This document shows, piece after piece, positions 40,119 through 48,899 of a stretch of DNA of 64,000 nucleotides; positions within the stretch are counted from its first letter, which is position 1, and each line of letters opens with the position of its first letter. This stretch comes from an uncultured Bacteroidota bacterium (GTDB taxonomy: Bacteria > Bacteroidota > Bacteroidia > AKYH767-A > 2013-40CM-41-45): positions 3,282 through 67,281 of the forward strand of contig CALMQM010000073.1 in the NCBI GenBank assembly GCA_937871435.1, read 5' to 3'. Both the position numbers and the translations under genes were made by a program. A model generated the notes under the pieces. The model was given only the letters and a program-made list of their open reading frames with translations. It was not told where the DNA came from and ran no database searches.

Positions 40119-41084
40119 ATGAAACTTTCAAGAGAAACTAAAATAGGATTGATTGTAACGACCGGGATCGCCCTCATGTTTTGGGGCGTGAATTATCTGA
40201 AAGGGAAGGATTTTTTCACCAGTCAAAAACTGATTTTCGCCATATACGACAGAGTGGATGGATTAACAGCCAGCAATGTGATTCTGGTGAATGGAATGAA
40301 AGTCGGATTAGTCAGAAACCTGGTGTTATTGCCTGATTACTCAGGAAAAATTCTCGTAAGCATGCATGTCAGCAGCAAAGTTAAAATTCCGAGAAATTCC
40401 GTAGCAGAAATTTACAGTACTGATCTCCTCGGCACCAAAGGCATACGAATGGTTTTCGGTGATTCTAAGGATGAACTTCAGGATGGAGATACTTTGCAAA
40501 GTGCAATGCAAAGCAGTCTGACAGAGCAAGTCAGCGCTCAGGTTGCACCAATTAAAAACAAAGCGGAAAATTTATTGAGCTCTCTGGATTCGGTTTTGTT
40601 AATCCTCAGAGGTGTTTTCAATGAGGAAACAAAAAACAATCTGAAACGATCTTTTGAAAGCATATCGAATTCATTGTATTCCATCCAGAACATTGCTTCG
40701 AATATGGATACAGTTCTTGCCAAGCAGGGCAGACTCAGGATGATTTTTGATAACCTTGAAAGTATCACAACTAACATTAAGAATAATAACGATAAGATCG
40801 CTGACATCCTGAATAATTTTGCTTCCATTTCAGATACACTTGCCAAGGCAAATCTGGCTGCGACAATTGACAATGCCAAAAAAACACTGGAGCAAACAGC
40901 TACTTTGTTTGAAGGGATGAATAAAGGGCAGGGTTCATTGGGACAACTGGCTATAAATGACAGTTTGTACAACAACCTGAATTCCACTGCCCGCGACCTG
41001 GACGCATTGATTACAGATCTTCATGAAAATCCAAAACGCTATATCAACCTTTCGTTGTTTTCCTTTGGCGGCAAGAAAAAATGA
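40119..41084 (+). CDS. mlaD: MlaD/MCE family protein
   Basis: 321 aa. N-terminal TM, an MCE domain (NYLKGKDFFTSQKLIFAIYDRVDGLTASNVILVNGMKVG) and a helical C-terminal region. Confidence 0.8.
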   Translation: MKLSRETKIGLIVTTGIALMFWGVNYLKGKDFFTSQKLIFAIYDRVDGLTASNVILVNGMKVGLVRNLVLLPDYSGKILVSMHVSSKVKIPRNSVAEIYSTDLLGTKGIRMVFGDSKDELQDGDTLQSAMQSSLTEQVSAQVAPIKNKAENLLSSLDSVLLILRGVFNEETKNNLKRSFESISNSLYSIQNIASNMDTVLAKQGRLRMIFDNLESITTNIKNNNDKIADILNNFASISDTLAKANLAATIDNAKKTLEQTATLFEGMNKGQGSLGQLAINDSLYNNLNSTARDLDALITDLHENPKRYINLSLFSFGGKKK

Positions 41085-41178
41085 TAAGCAATTTGTAAGA
41101 ACTATTTGTCATAAGCAGAAATCGAATCAGGAAATTAATCTGTACTCAGGAAATACATTCCGAAAATCGTAATCAACA

Positions 41179-42486
41179 ATGTTTGCCCAAATAATTTTCG
41201 TTGTTCTCCTTATCGCCGCTGTTTATTTATTCTCGAAGAATCTTTCCAGGATAATCCGGAATATCCGCCTGGGCAGGGAAATTGACAGAACAGATCGATC
41301 TTCGGACCGTTGGATGACCATGCTGCGGGTGGCTTTTGGCCAATCGAAAATGGTGGTAAGACCGGTAGCCGGCATCATGCACATTTTTGTTTATGTTGGA
41401 TTCATCATCATCAATTTTGAAGTTCTGGAAATTATTATCGATGGAATATTCGGAACACATCGTTTTTTTTCATCGCTCGGATCCTTCTATAATTTTCTGA
41501 TTGCAAGTTTCGAAATACTCGCGCTACTTGTACTTGTGGGAGTTATCGTATTTTTAATAAGAAGAAATATTTTGAAGCTGAAACGCTTCTGGTCGAAGGA
41601 AATGACTGCCTGGCCGCGCACAGATGCAAATATTATTCTGATAACAGAAGTATTGCTGATGACAGCTTTTCTTACGATGAATGCGACTGATGGAATATTA
41701 CAGAGTCGTGCATTTGATCACTATATTCAAGCGGGATCATTTCCGGTTTCCTCACTGTTCGCCGGTATTTTTTCCGGTTTGAGCAGCGAATCATTGGTAA
41801 TGATTGAACGTTTTTGCTGGTGGTTTCACATCATCGGCATATTTGCTTTTTTAAATTACATACCGTATTCAAAACACTTCCATATTCTGCTTGCATTTCC
41901 GAATACATATTATTCTAATCTGAATGCGAAGGGTAGATTCACAAACATGGAAAGTGTAACGAGAGAAGTGAAACTCATGCTCGATCCGACAGCACCAGTA
42001 CCTCCGGTTGATCCGAATGCGGCTCCTCAGCGATTTGGTGCAAAGGACGTGTATGATTTAACCTGGAAACAGCTGATGGATGCATACTCATGCACAGAAT
42101 GCGGGCGTTGTACCTCATCCTGTCCGGCCAATCAGACAGGGAAAGTTCTTTCTCCACGTAAAATCATGATGGATACCCGAGATCGACTCGAAGAGGTAGG
42201 AAGAAATATTGATAAGCAGGGAAAAGATTTCCGTGATGATAAATCACTCTTGAATTATATCAGTGAAGAGGAATTGTGGGCATGCACGAGTTGCAATGCC
42301 TGTACAGAAGCTTGTCCGGTGAATATTGACCCGCTCAGTATCATTGTTGAAATGAGACGATATCTGGTGATGGAAGAATCCAAAGTACCTGCTGAACTCG
42401 CAGGGATGTTTAATAAAGTTGAAAATAACGGAGCTCCCTGGCAGTTTGCTCAGGCTGACCGTTTCAATTGGGCGAATGCCGATTAA
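41179..42486 (+). CDS. Membrane-anchored 4Fe-4S dicluster protein (HdrD/GlpC-like N-terminal half)
   Basis: 435 aa. ~5 TM helices carrying conserved His, then two CxxCxxCxxxCP ferredoxin motifs (CTECGRCTSSCP; CTSCNACTEACP). Confidence 0.75.
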   Translation: MFAQIIFVVLLIAAVYLFSKNLSRIIRNIRLGREIDRTDRSSDRWMTMLRVAFGQSKMVVRPVAGIMHIFVYVGFIIINFEVLEIIIDGIFGTHRFFSSLGSFYNFLIASFEILALLVLVGVIVFLIRRNILKLKRFWSKEMTAWPRTDANIILITEVLLMTAFLTMNATDGILQSRAFDHYIQAGSFPVSSLFAGIFSGLSSESLVMIERFCWWFHIIGIFAFLNYIPYSKHFHILLAFPNTYYSNLNAKGRFTNMESVTREVKLMLDPTAPVPPVDPNAAPQRFGAKDVYDLTWKQLMDAYSCTECGRCTSSCPANQTGKVLSPRKIMMDTRDRLEEVGRNIDKQGKDFRDDKSLLNYISEEELWACTSCNACTEACPVNIDPLSIIVEMRRYLVMEESKVPAELAGMFNKVENNGAPWQFAQADRFNWANAD

Positions 42487-42498
42487 TATTTAATTCAA

Positions 42499-43284
42499 AT
42501 GGATTTTCAAGTTCCAACAATGGCAGAATTTGCCGCTCGTGGTGAAGCCCCGGAAGTATTGTTTTGGGTTGGATGTGCCGGGAGTTTTGATGAACGCGCA
42601 CAAAAAATTACAAGAGCAGTAGCAAAAATTCTTCACCATGCAGGTGTTGCATTTGCTGTTCTCGGATCAGAAGAAAGCTGTACAGGGGATCCTGCCAAGC
42701 GTGCAGGAAACGAATTTCTTTTCCAGATGCAGGCCATGATGAATATTCAATTGCTCAATGGGTATGGCATCAGAAAAATCGTGACAGCTTGTCCCCATTG
42801 TTTTAATACTTTGAAAAATGAATATCCTGAGCTTGGTGGTAACTATGAAGTAGTCCATCATTCAGAATTATTGCAAAAATTATTTTCAGAGGGAAAAATC
42901 AAAGTGCAGGGTGGAAGCTTTCAGGGGAAGAAAATTACTTTCCACGACCCTTGTTACCTTGGAAGAGGAAATGATGTCTATGAAGCACCAAGAAATGTCC
43001 TCGAAAAACTGGATGTTGAATTATCTGAAATGAAACGTTCCAGAGCAAAGGGTTTTTGTTGTGGCGCAGGGGGAGCTCAGATGTTTAAAGAACCGGAGAA
43101 AGGTCAGAAAGATGTGAATGTCGAACGAACAGAAGAAGCATTGGCTTTGAATCCGGATATTATTGCTGTTGGTTGTCCGTTCTGTATGACAATGATGACA
43201 GACGGAGTAAAAAATTTCAATAAGGAAGACAAGGTAAAAGTTCTCGATATCGCTGAGTTAATCGCCGGCGCGGCGGAACTTTGA
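42499..43284 (+). CDS. CCG-domain (cysteine-rich) Fe-S protein, HdrD/GlpC-like C-terminal half
   Basis: 261 aa with two CCG-type motifs (CPHCFNT; CCGAGG ... CPFCM). Lies 12 bp downstream of the partner. Confidence 0.75.
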   Translation: MDFQVPTMAEFAARGEAPEVLFWVGCAGSFDERAQKITRAVAKILHHAGVAFAVLGSEESCTGDPAKRAGNEFLFQMQAMMNIQLLNGYGIRKIVTACPHCFNTLKNEYPELGGNYEVVHHSELLQKLFSEGKIKVQGGSFQGKKITFHDPCYLGRGNDVYEAPRNVLEKLDVELSEMKRSRAKGFCCGAGGAQMFKEPEKGQKDVNVERTEEALALNPDIIAVGCPFCMTMMTDGVKNFNKEDKVKVLDIAELIAGAAEL

Positions 43285-43357
43285 AATTCTGAAATCTCAT
43301 GCTGAAGAGTTTCTTATTTTCTGGAGATTTTTCTTTTCTAAAAAAAAAGTATTTGAA

Positions 43358-44368
43358 CTATTTCCCTTTGACACGTTCGATAAGTGCCTGCAACGCTGCT
43401 TTTCCCGATCCTTCCATTCTTCCACGTTGAATAATTAAATCATTGTTTACATTATTATTCAATGCATAACGGAAGACAGCATGACCGTTTCCGTTTTTAA
43501 AATCTGTGATTTGTCCGAATCGTAAATCATTGAGAAGAATGGTATCGCCTGTTGATTCCAATGAATAATATCCTTGAGAAAAACGGATTAGTTTTTTTAC
43601 TTCCTCATTATTCCTGAAAGGCGCGAGCAGACTATCCTGTTGAGGGCTATAACTGAAATCAATATGATCCGATTTGTCAAAGAGAGAATAATATCCCATT
43701 TGATAACCCGAGTCAGTTTTAGCCAATACATACCATAACCAATTGTTCAGTGGGGCAGGAGTAGTGAAATAATTTTGCTCATGAATATTTTGTTCGAGAA
43801 AATTCTTCCTTGCTGTTTTGTCAACTTTGTATTTGTTGTTGAATGCATAAAGGATGTAAACAGAAGAGATCAACAATCCGAATCGCATCCAGAATTTACG
43901 GTAGGGATTCACACTTTTTAAAATCAGTAATGCGATGCTTGCGATGAGCAGACTAATGGTGTAAAACGGATCAGCTACAAAAAGAATATTGAAGGAGACT
44001 CTGTGGTGACTGAATGGTTCAAACCAACCGGTTCCATAGGCTGTCATGGCATCAATTCCAATGTGAAAAAACATTCCGCTTCCCCAAAGTAGCATCCAGT
44101 TGTTAAGAGACATCTGGTCATTTTTAATCATTCTTTTAAACCAGATGCCAAGCAGGGGAGTCATCAGAATCGCGAAAAGAATAGAGTGTGTAAATCCTCT
44201 GTGCGCTAAAAGTGAATCAGCCTGATTCATCCAGGCAGAAGTTACCACATCAATGTCAGGAAGGTTGTTGGCCAATGCTCCCCACAGCATGGCTTTTTTC
44301 CCAAGTTTTCGTCCGGCCAAAGCCTCACCGGCGCAGGCTCCTAACACTGTATGTGTGAGTGAATCCAT
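43358..44368 (-). CDS. Membrane-bound metal-dependent hydrolase (DUF457/YdjM-like) with C-terminal extension
   Basis: 336 aa. N-terminal MDSLTHTVLGACAGEALA and His-rich TM segments typical of DUF457. An extra ~150-aa soluble C-terminal region. Confidence 0.6.
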   Translation of the reverse strand: MDSLTHTVLGACAGEALAGRKLGKKAMLWGALANNLPDIDVVTSAWMNQADSLLAHRGFTHSILFAILMTPLLGIWFKRMIKNDQMSLNNWMLLWGSGMFFHIGIDAMTAYGTGWFEPFSHHRVSFNILFVADPFYTISLLIASIALLILKSVNPYRKFWMRFGLLISSVYILYAFNNKYKVDKTARKNFLEQNIHEQNYFTTPAPLNNWLWYVLAKTDSGYQMGYYSLFDKSDHIDFSYSPQQDSLLAPFRNNEEVKKLIRFSQGYYSLESTGDTILLNDLRFGQITDFKNGNGHAVFRYALNNNVNNDLIIQRGRMEGSGKAALQALIERVKGK

Positions 44369-44466
44369 ATTAAGATATCATTTGGAGAGCAGACTCCGGG
44401 TGAATTTATTCCCAAAGTACATGATCGAAATCGAAATAAATATACCTTTGCAAAAAAAATATCAAG

Positions 44467-44958
44467 ATGCAAATTGCAAATAATAAAGTGGTTACGGTAA
44501 CATACCGTTTGCAGGCAAATCTTCCTTCAGAAGAAAAACGACACATTGAAACTGCTGATGCCAGCGCACCTCTTCGTTTTCTTTATGGAGTAGGAATGAT
44601 GATTCCCGGCTTCGAACGTGAACTGAGTGGAAAAGCTTCCGGTGATTCTTTTGATTTCACTATTCTAGCTGCAGATGCTTACGGCGATGCGGATGAAACA
44701 GCGGTGATTAGTTTACCGATAGACATATTCAAAGTAGAAGATGTGATCGATTTTGAAATATTAAAGGTTGGAAATGTATTGCCGATGAGTGATAATCAGG
44801 GCAACGTATTAAATGGAAGAGTTGTGAGTTACGATGACAAAGCTGTAAAAATGGATTTCAATCATCCGCTTGCTGGTCACACTCTTCATTTTTCAGGAGA
44901 AGTAGTGGAAGTTCGCGAAGCGACAGAAGAAGAAATTTCCCACGGACACGTACACTGA
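44467..44958 (+). CDS. slyD: FKBP-type peptidyl-prolyl isomerase SlyD
   Basis: 163 aa. FKBP domain with an insert-in-flap region and a His-rich C-terminus (EEEISHGHVH). Confidence 0.8.
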   Translation: MQIANNKVVTVTYRLQANLPSEEKRHIETADASAPLRFLYGVGMMIPGFERELSGKASGDSFDFTILAADAYGDADETAVISLPIDIFKVEDVIDFEILKVGNVLPMSDNQGNVLNGRVVSYDDKAVKMDFNHPLAGHTLHFSGEVVEVREATEEEISHGHVH

Positions 44959-44976
44959 TTTTCAGTTTCAGAAAAT

Positions 44977-45025
44977 AAAAAAGTGGATTATAGGTATTAA
45001 CCATGTAATCCACTTTTCTTTTTTA
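44977..45025. terminator. Bidirectional rho-independent terminator between slyD and the DUF3127 gene
   Basis: AAAAGTGGATTA pairs with TAATCCACTTTT across a 15-nt loop. A-tract before, T-tract after. Confidence 0.7.
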
Positions 45026-45054
45026 CCCTGAATTTTCAGGATATCAATTATTTT

Positions 45055-45417
45055 TCAGAAAGGCAGGTCATCCTTAGCAGGAGCTGACATACTTTCATAA
45101 TCAGGTGTACTTTGATTGTAGTCTGAACCACCAGTAGGGGCTCCAGCTCTGTCGATTTTCCAGGCTTCCAACGTATTGAAATATTTCACTTCTCCTTGAG
45201 GACTGGTCCATTCACGACCTCTCAGGTTAAAAGAAACAGTGATGTTATCGCCTTGTTGAACAGCATCCAACAAGCCGCAACGGTCTTGTGTCAACTGAAA
45301 ACTGATATGTTGTGGATACTGTGAGGAATTGTCAGTCAGGACAAATTCTCTCTTCTTAAAACGGTCATTAACGACCTGCTCAGATTTCTTTACTTTAAGA
45401 ATACCGGTAATTTGCAT
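45055..45417 (-). CDS. DUF3127 domain protein
   Basis: The ORF track starts at a TTG (45468). The first ATG (45417) gives a 120-aa protein MQITGILKV...FVLTD...ISFQL...NITVSFNLRGREW...EVKYFNTLEAWKI, matching the DUF3127 pattern. Confidence 0.6.
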   Translation of the reverse strand: MQITGILKVKKSEQVVNDRFKKREFVLTDNSSQYPQHISFQLTQDRCGLLDAVQQGDNITVSFNLRGREWTSPQGEVKYFNTLEAWKIDRAGAPTGGSDYNQSTPDYESMSAPAKDDLPF

Positions 45418-45606
45418 AGAGATAGGTGATTTTCCGCAAAGATAAGAGGAAATTGCTTCTACACCCAATTTCAGGGGTTTCTGTTGATAAGTTCATAGGC
45501 ATGAATCCTGCATCCGTTGGACTATTCTCGGAAAATATTTCAGTTTGAGCTGTTTATTATTGCCTTTTTCTATATTTACCACAACATCATCACAACCAGA
45601 TTCAGC

Positions 45607-47436
45607 ATGAAGAAACTCCTTACTTTCCTTGCATTATTTCCGTCATTGCTTTGGGCTCAGACCTTTAGCAATTCAACCTGGACGCAAATTCCAAATACCA
45701 ATACGGATATTTTTATCCCGATTCAGGTTAGCGGATTGCCAACAAACATCAACGCATCCTTTGGGATTGCTGCGGTTTGTGTACAGATTACGCATCAGTT
45801 TTCTGCAGATTTGCAGGTCAGACTGCAATCTCCTGACGGCAAACAAGTAGTTCTTGTGGATACCAAAGGCGGTAATGGCAATGGATATCCAAATACCTGT
45901 TTCACCGAAAATGCAACAGGTGGATGGATTCAATTGGCTGCGCCACCTTTCAATGGTTCTTATTTTCCACAGGAATCAATTAACATTTTCAACGATAATT
46001 CTGACCCCAACGGAACCTGGAATCTCGTGTTAAGAGATGTATTTACTCCTGCCGATACAGGTTCTTTTCATTCGATCAACATCACGTTTACGATGAATCC
46101 TCCATTGGATCCGACACAAAGCGGTAGTGGTTGCAGCACGGCAAATCCTTCCGCCTGTCAGTGTCCTGATGGTTTGTCAACTGATTGTGATTTGTTACCA
46201 GATATGACAGCTTCAGCTATGTGTATTGCACAGGAACATGTGGAATATCCCGGCAATATTACCCTGAGTAACGCTACTCCAAACATAGGCTGGGGACCAT
46301 TGGAAATTCATGGTTCTAATTCCTGCTACTGTGATTCAGTTCCTGTTCCTTGTACAACATCCATTTGTCCGAACGGTGATTATCCAAAACAAATGATCAC
46401 ACAGCGGATTTATCACCGTGATGGTAATAACATGACGTTTTACGATCGTCCTGCAGGTACGATGACATATCACCCTTCACACGGACATATCCATGTCGAC
46501 AACTGGGCTGATTTTTCTTTGCGTCGTGCAACTTCGGATCCCGATGCGCGCAACTGGCCAAAAATCGGTCAAGGCAACAAGCAAAGTTTTTGTCTGGTAA
46601 ATCTTGGTGATTGTGATTCTGATTTTGGCTACTGCGTGGATTCTGCAGGAAATCCTTTGAACAAATCAAACATTGCCAATTCAGATTTTGGCACAGTTAC
46701 CGGATGTTCGCTTGATCAGGGTATTTATGTTGGTAATCTGGATATCTATAGCTCCGGTCTCAATGGTATGGGGATTATCCTTCCATCAATGACATGCAAC
46801 GGTGATTACTACATTGTTTCCATTACAGATCCGGAAAATAATATGTTGGAAACAAATGACAACAATAACTGGGTTACTGTTCCTATCACTCTTACACAAC
46901 AATCTGCCGGATCATTCCCGGCTGAAGGGTATTCTTATACAGTAAGCAATACTACGGTAAACTTTCTTGCCACAGCTATTGGCGCAGATTCATTGGTGTG
47001 GCATTGGGGCGATGGTTCACCAGCTGAGACAACTATTAACACAGGAATGGTTCATGATTTCCCGGGCATTGGTACATACATTGTACGTTTGTATGCATAC
47101 AACCAATGCGGACCAACCGTAACAATAGATACTGTTACCATCATGTCTACAGTAGGAATATCTTCACTCGAACCGGTAGTTTCTTTCAAAGCTTATCCAA
47201 ATCCGACAAAAGGGATTTTCAACCTCACATATTCTCTCGTAAATTCCACTCATGTTTCGATGGAATTATGTGATGCACTGGGAAAATCCATCGCTGAGCT
47301 TTCTTCAGCAGATCAGGTGGCTGGAAAATACACTGTTCAAGTGGATCCGGCAGCTTACAATCTGCATGCAGGAATTTATTTTGTGAAATTGAATTCCGGA
47401 AACAGAAATCATGTGGTTAGGATGATCGTGATGTAA
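45607..47436 (+). CDS. T9SS-secreted multidomain protein: P-domain + lysyl-oxidase-like catalytic domain + PKD + T9SS sorting domain
   Basis: Signal peptide from the ATG at 45607. N-terminal proprotein-convertase P-domain-like region (LQVRLQSPDGKQVVLVD...NGTWNLVLRD). A Cys-rich core with YHPSHGHIHVDNW, GNKQSFCLVNLGDCDSDFGYC and GCSLDQGIYVGNLDIY...GDYYIVSITDPENNMLETNDNNNWV aligns with the human LOX WHSCHQHYHS / HKASFCLEDTSCDYGY / GCYDTYGADIDC...GNYILKVSVNP...NNVV segments. Then a PKD domain (WHWGDGSP) and a Por-secretion tail. Confidence 0.75.
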   Translation: MKKLLTFLALFPSLLWAQTFSNSTWTQIPNTNTDIFIPIQVSGLPTNINASFGIAAVCVQITHQFSADLQVRLQSPDGKQVVLVDTKGGNGNGYPNTCFTENATGGWIQLAAPPFNGSYFPQESINIFNDNSDPNGTWNLVLRDVFTPADTGSFHSINITFTMNPPLDPTQSGSGCSTANPSACQCPDGLSTDCDLLPDMTASAMCIAQEHVEYPGNITLSNATPNIGWGPLEIHGSNSCYCDSVPVPCTTSICPNGDYPKQMITQRIYHRDGNNMTFYDRPAGTMTYHPSHGHIHVDNWADFSLRRATSDPDARNWPKIGQGNKQSFCLVNLGDCDSDFGYCVDSAGNPLNKSNIANSDFGTVTGCSLDQGIYVGNLDIYSSGLNGMGIILPSMTCNGDYYIVSITDPENNMLETNDNNNWVTVPITLTQQSAGSFPAEGYSYTVSNTTVNFLATAIGADSLVWHWGDGSPAETTINTGMVHDFPGIGTYIVRLYAYNQCGPTVTIDTVTIMSTVGISSLEPVVSFKAYPNPTKGIFNLTYSLVNSTHVSMELCDALGKSIAELSSADQVAGKYTVQVDPAAYNLHAGIYFVKLNSGNRNHVVRMIVM

Positions 47437-47457
47437 AACAAATTTGTTAGTAAGAGA

Positions 47458-47490
47458 AGAGCTCCGGAGATTCCGGGGCTCTTTTTTTTG
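47458..47490 (+). terminator. Rho-independent terminator after the LOX-like gene
   Basis: AGAGCTCCGG pairs with CCGGGGCTCT in a 10-bp stem (one G-U pair), followed by TTTTTTTT. Confidence 0.65.
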
Positions 47491-47507
47491 TTATTTTTGA
47501 AAATCCT

Positions 47508-48899
47508 ATGAAGAAATACACGTCGGTATTTATCCATTTCTCTTTCCTTTGCATCATTTTGCTGTTGAGCAATTCATCGTTGCGTGCGCAGGTTCATCCG
47601 GGATGGAAGCACACCATTAAAAATTCTCTCAATACCATCAACAAAGCATGCAGCTTTGAAATTGATGGAATGAAAAATTGTTTTGTGCTTGGGACAACTT
47701 CAGTTCCGGATTCTGCGAAAGATATTTTACTGATAAAATATACCCCGACGGGTGCAGAAGAATGGCGCCGGATCTATGACAATCCTGATCACGGCGATGA
47801 TATTCCAATTGCAATGAATCTGGATGCACAAGGCAATGTATTAATCACAGGACTAAGCAAAGACAAATCCGGCAATGCTGACATCCTGGTATTGAAATAC
47901 TCAAGTGATGGTATTCCTGTAGTGGATATGCGGTTCGATGGACCAGCACATTCATTTGATACACCCGGTGCAATCACCAGCGACAGGTTCAATAACATTG
48001 TGGTTACAGGTGCAGAGACTTCCAGAGATTCAGGACTGAATATGGTGGTATATCGGATTCATCCGGATGGGGGATTGGCATGGAAAAGAAATTATTCTTC
48101 ACTTACCATGGATATCGGCAATGCAATCCTGACGGATGACTCCTGCAATGTGTATATCACCGGGAATTGCAATACTGCTCCTCATTCTTCGGATATTCTT
48201 ATTCAGAAATATGATAGTAGTGGAAAAGTTAAGTGGACAGAAATTTACAATGGTGTGTTCGCCGAGAATGATGCAGCATCCCTGATGAAGATGGATGATT
48301 CCACACACATTTATGTCAGCGGTTTTGTGAATCATACCAGCGACAGATCGGATGTTCCTCTTCTGAAATTGAACCGCAACGGAGAAATGCTGCGTGAAAA
48401 ATTTTATAATGGAGGAATCAGTGATTGTTATGCAACTAATTTGACTATTAATAAAAGCGGAGCGTTTCTGACCATATTCAGAACGGATTACAGTACCGGT
48501 ACTAATTCAAGTATGGTTTTGTATTATGATAAAGCCGGAATTGAAAAGAAAAAAATTGTCGCGCCAACTGATGTGATTTTTCAAAATTTTATTGAGTCCG
48601 GAACAACTCCACTCATTCTTGGAAACAAACTCACACATCCTGAAAGTACACTCATGCCTTATATTGCCGCTGTAGACACAGGTTCAACCATTCGCTGGGA
48701 TTTTGCAGATTCGACCATTTTCGGTATGGCGCATCTGGTAAAAGTGGGTATGTCGGGTGACAGAATTTATTTTCTCGGAGATGATGCAGGTGATGCAACA
48801 GGCAGTATTGAAATCATGACTTATACCTTGGTTGCGGATAAAGACAGAAGTAAAAAAGTACCATTAAATAAATCGAAAAGTGGCGTTTCAAAAAATTAA
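47508..48899 (+). CDS. Secreted SBBP-type beta-propeller repeat protein
   Basis: 463 aa. Signal peptide. Reiterated D-x-x-GN-(V/I)-Y-(I/V)-TG units (DAQGNVLITGLS; NNIVVTGAE; CNVYITGNC; THIYVSGFV). Confidence 0.55.
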   Translation: MKKYTSVFIHFSFLCIILLLSNSSLRAQVHPGWKHTIKNSLNTINKACSFEIDGMKNCFVLGTTSVPDSAKDILLIKYTPTGAEEWRRIYDNPDHGDDIPIAMNLDAQGNVLITGLSKDKSGNADILVLKYSSDGIPVVDMRFDGPAHSFDTPGAITSDRFNNIVVTGAETSRDSGLNMVVYRIHPDGGLAWKRNYSSLTMDIGNAILTDDSCNVYITGNCNTAPHSSDILIQKYDSSGKVKWTEIYNGVFAENDAASLMKMDDSTHIYVSGFVNHTSDRSDVPLLKLNRNGEMLREKFYNGGISDCYATNLTINKSGAFLTIFRTDYSTGTNSSMVLYYDKAGIEKKKIVAPTDVIFQNFIESGTTPLILGNKLTHPESTLMPYIAAVDTGSTIRWDFADSTIFGMAHLVKVGMSGDRIYFLGDDAGDATGSIEIMTYTLVADKDRSKKVPLNKSKSGVSKN

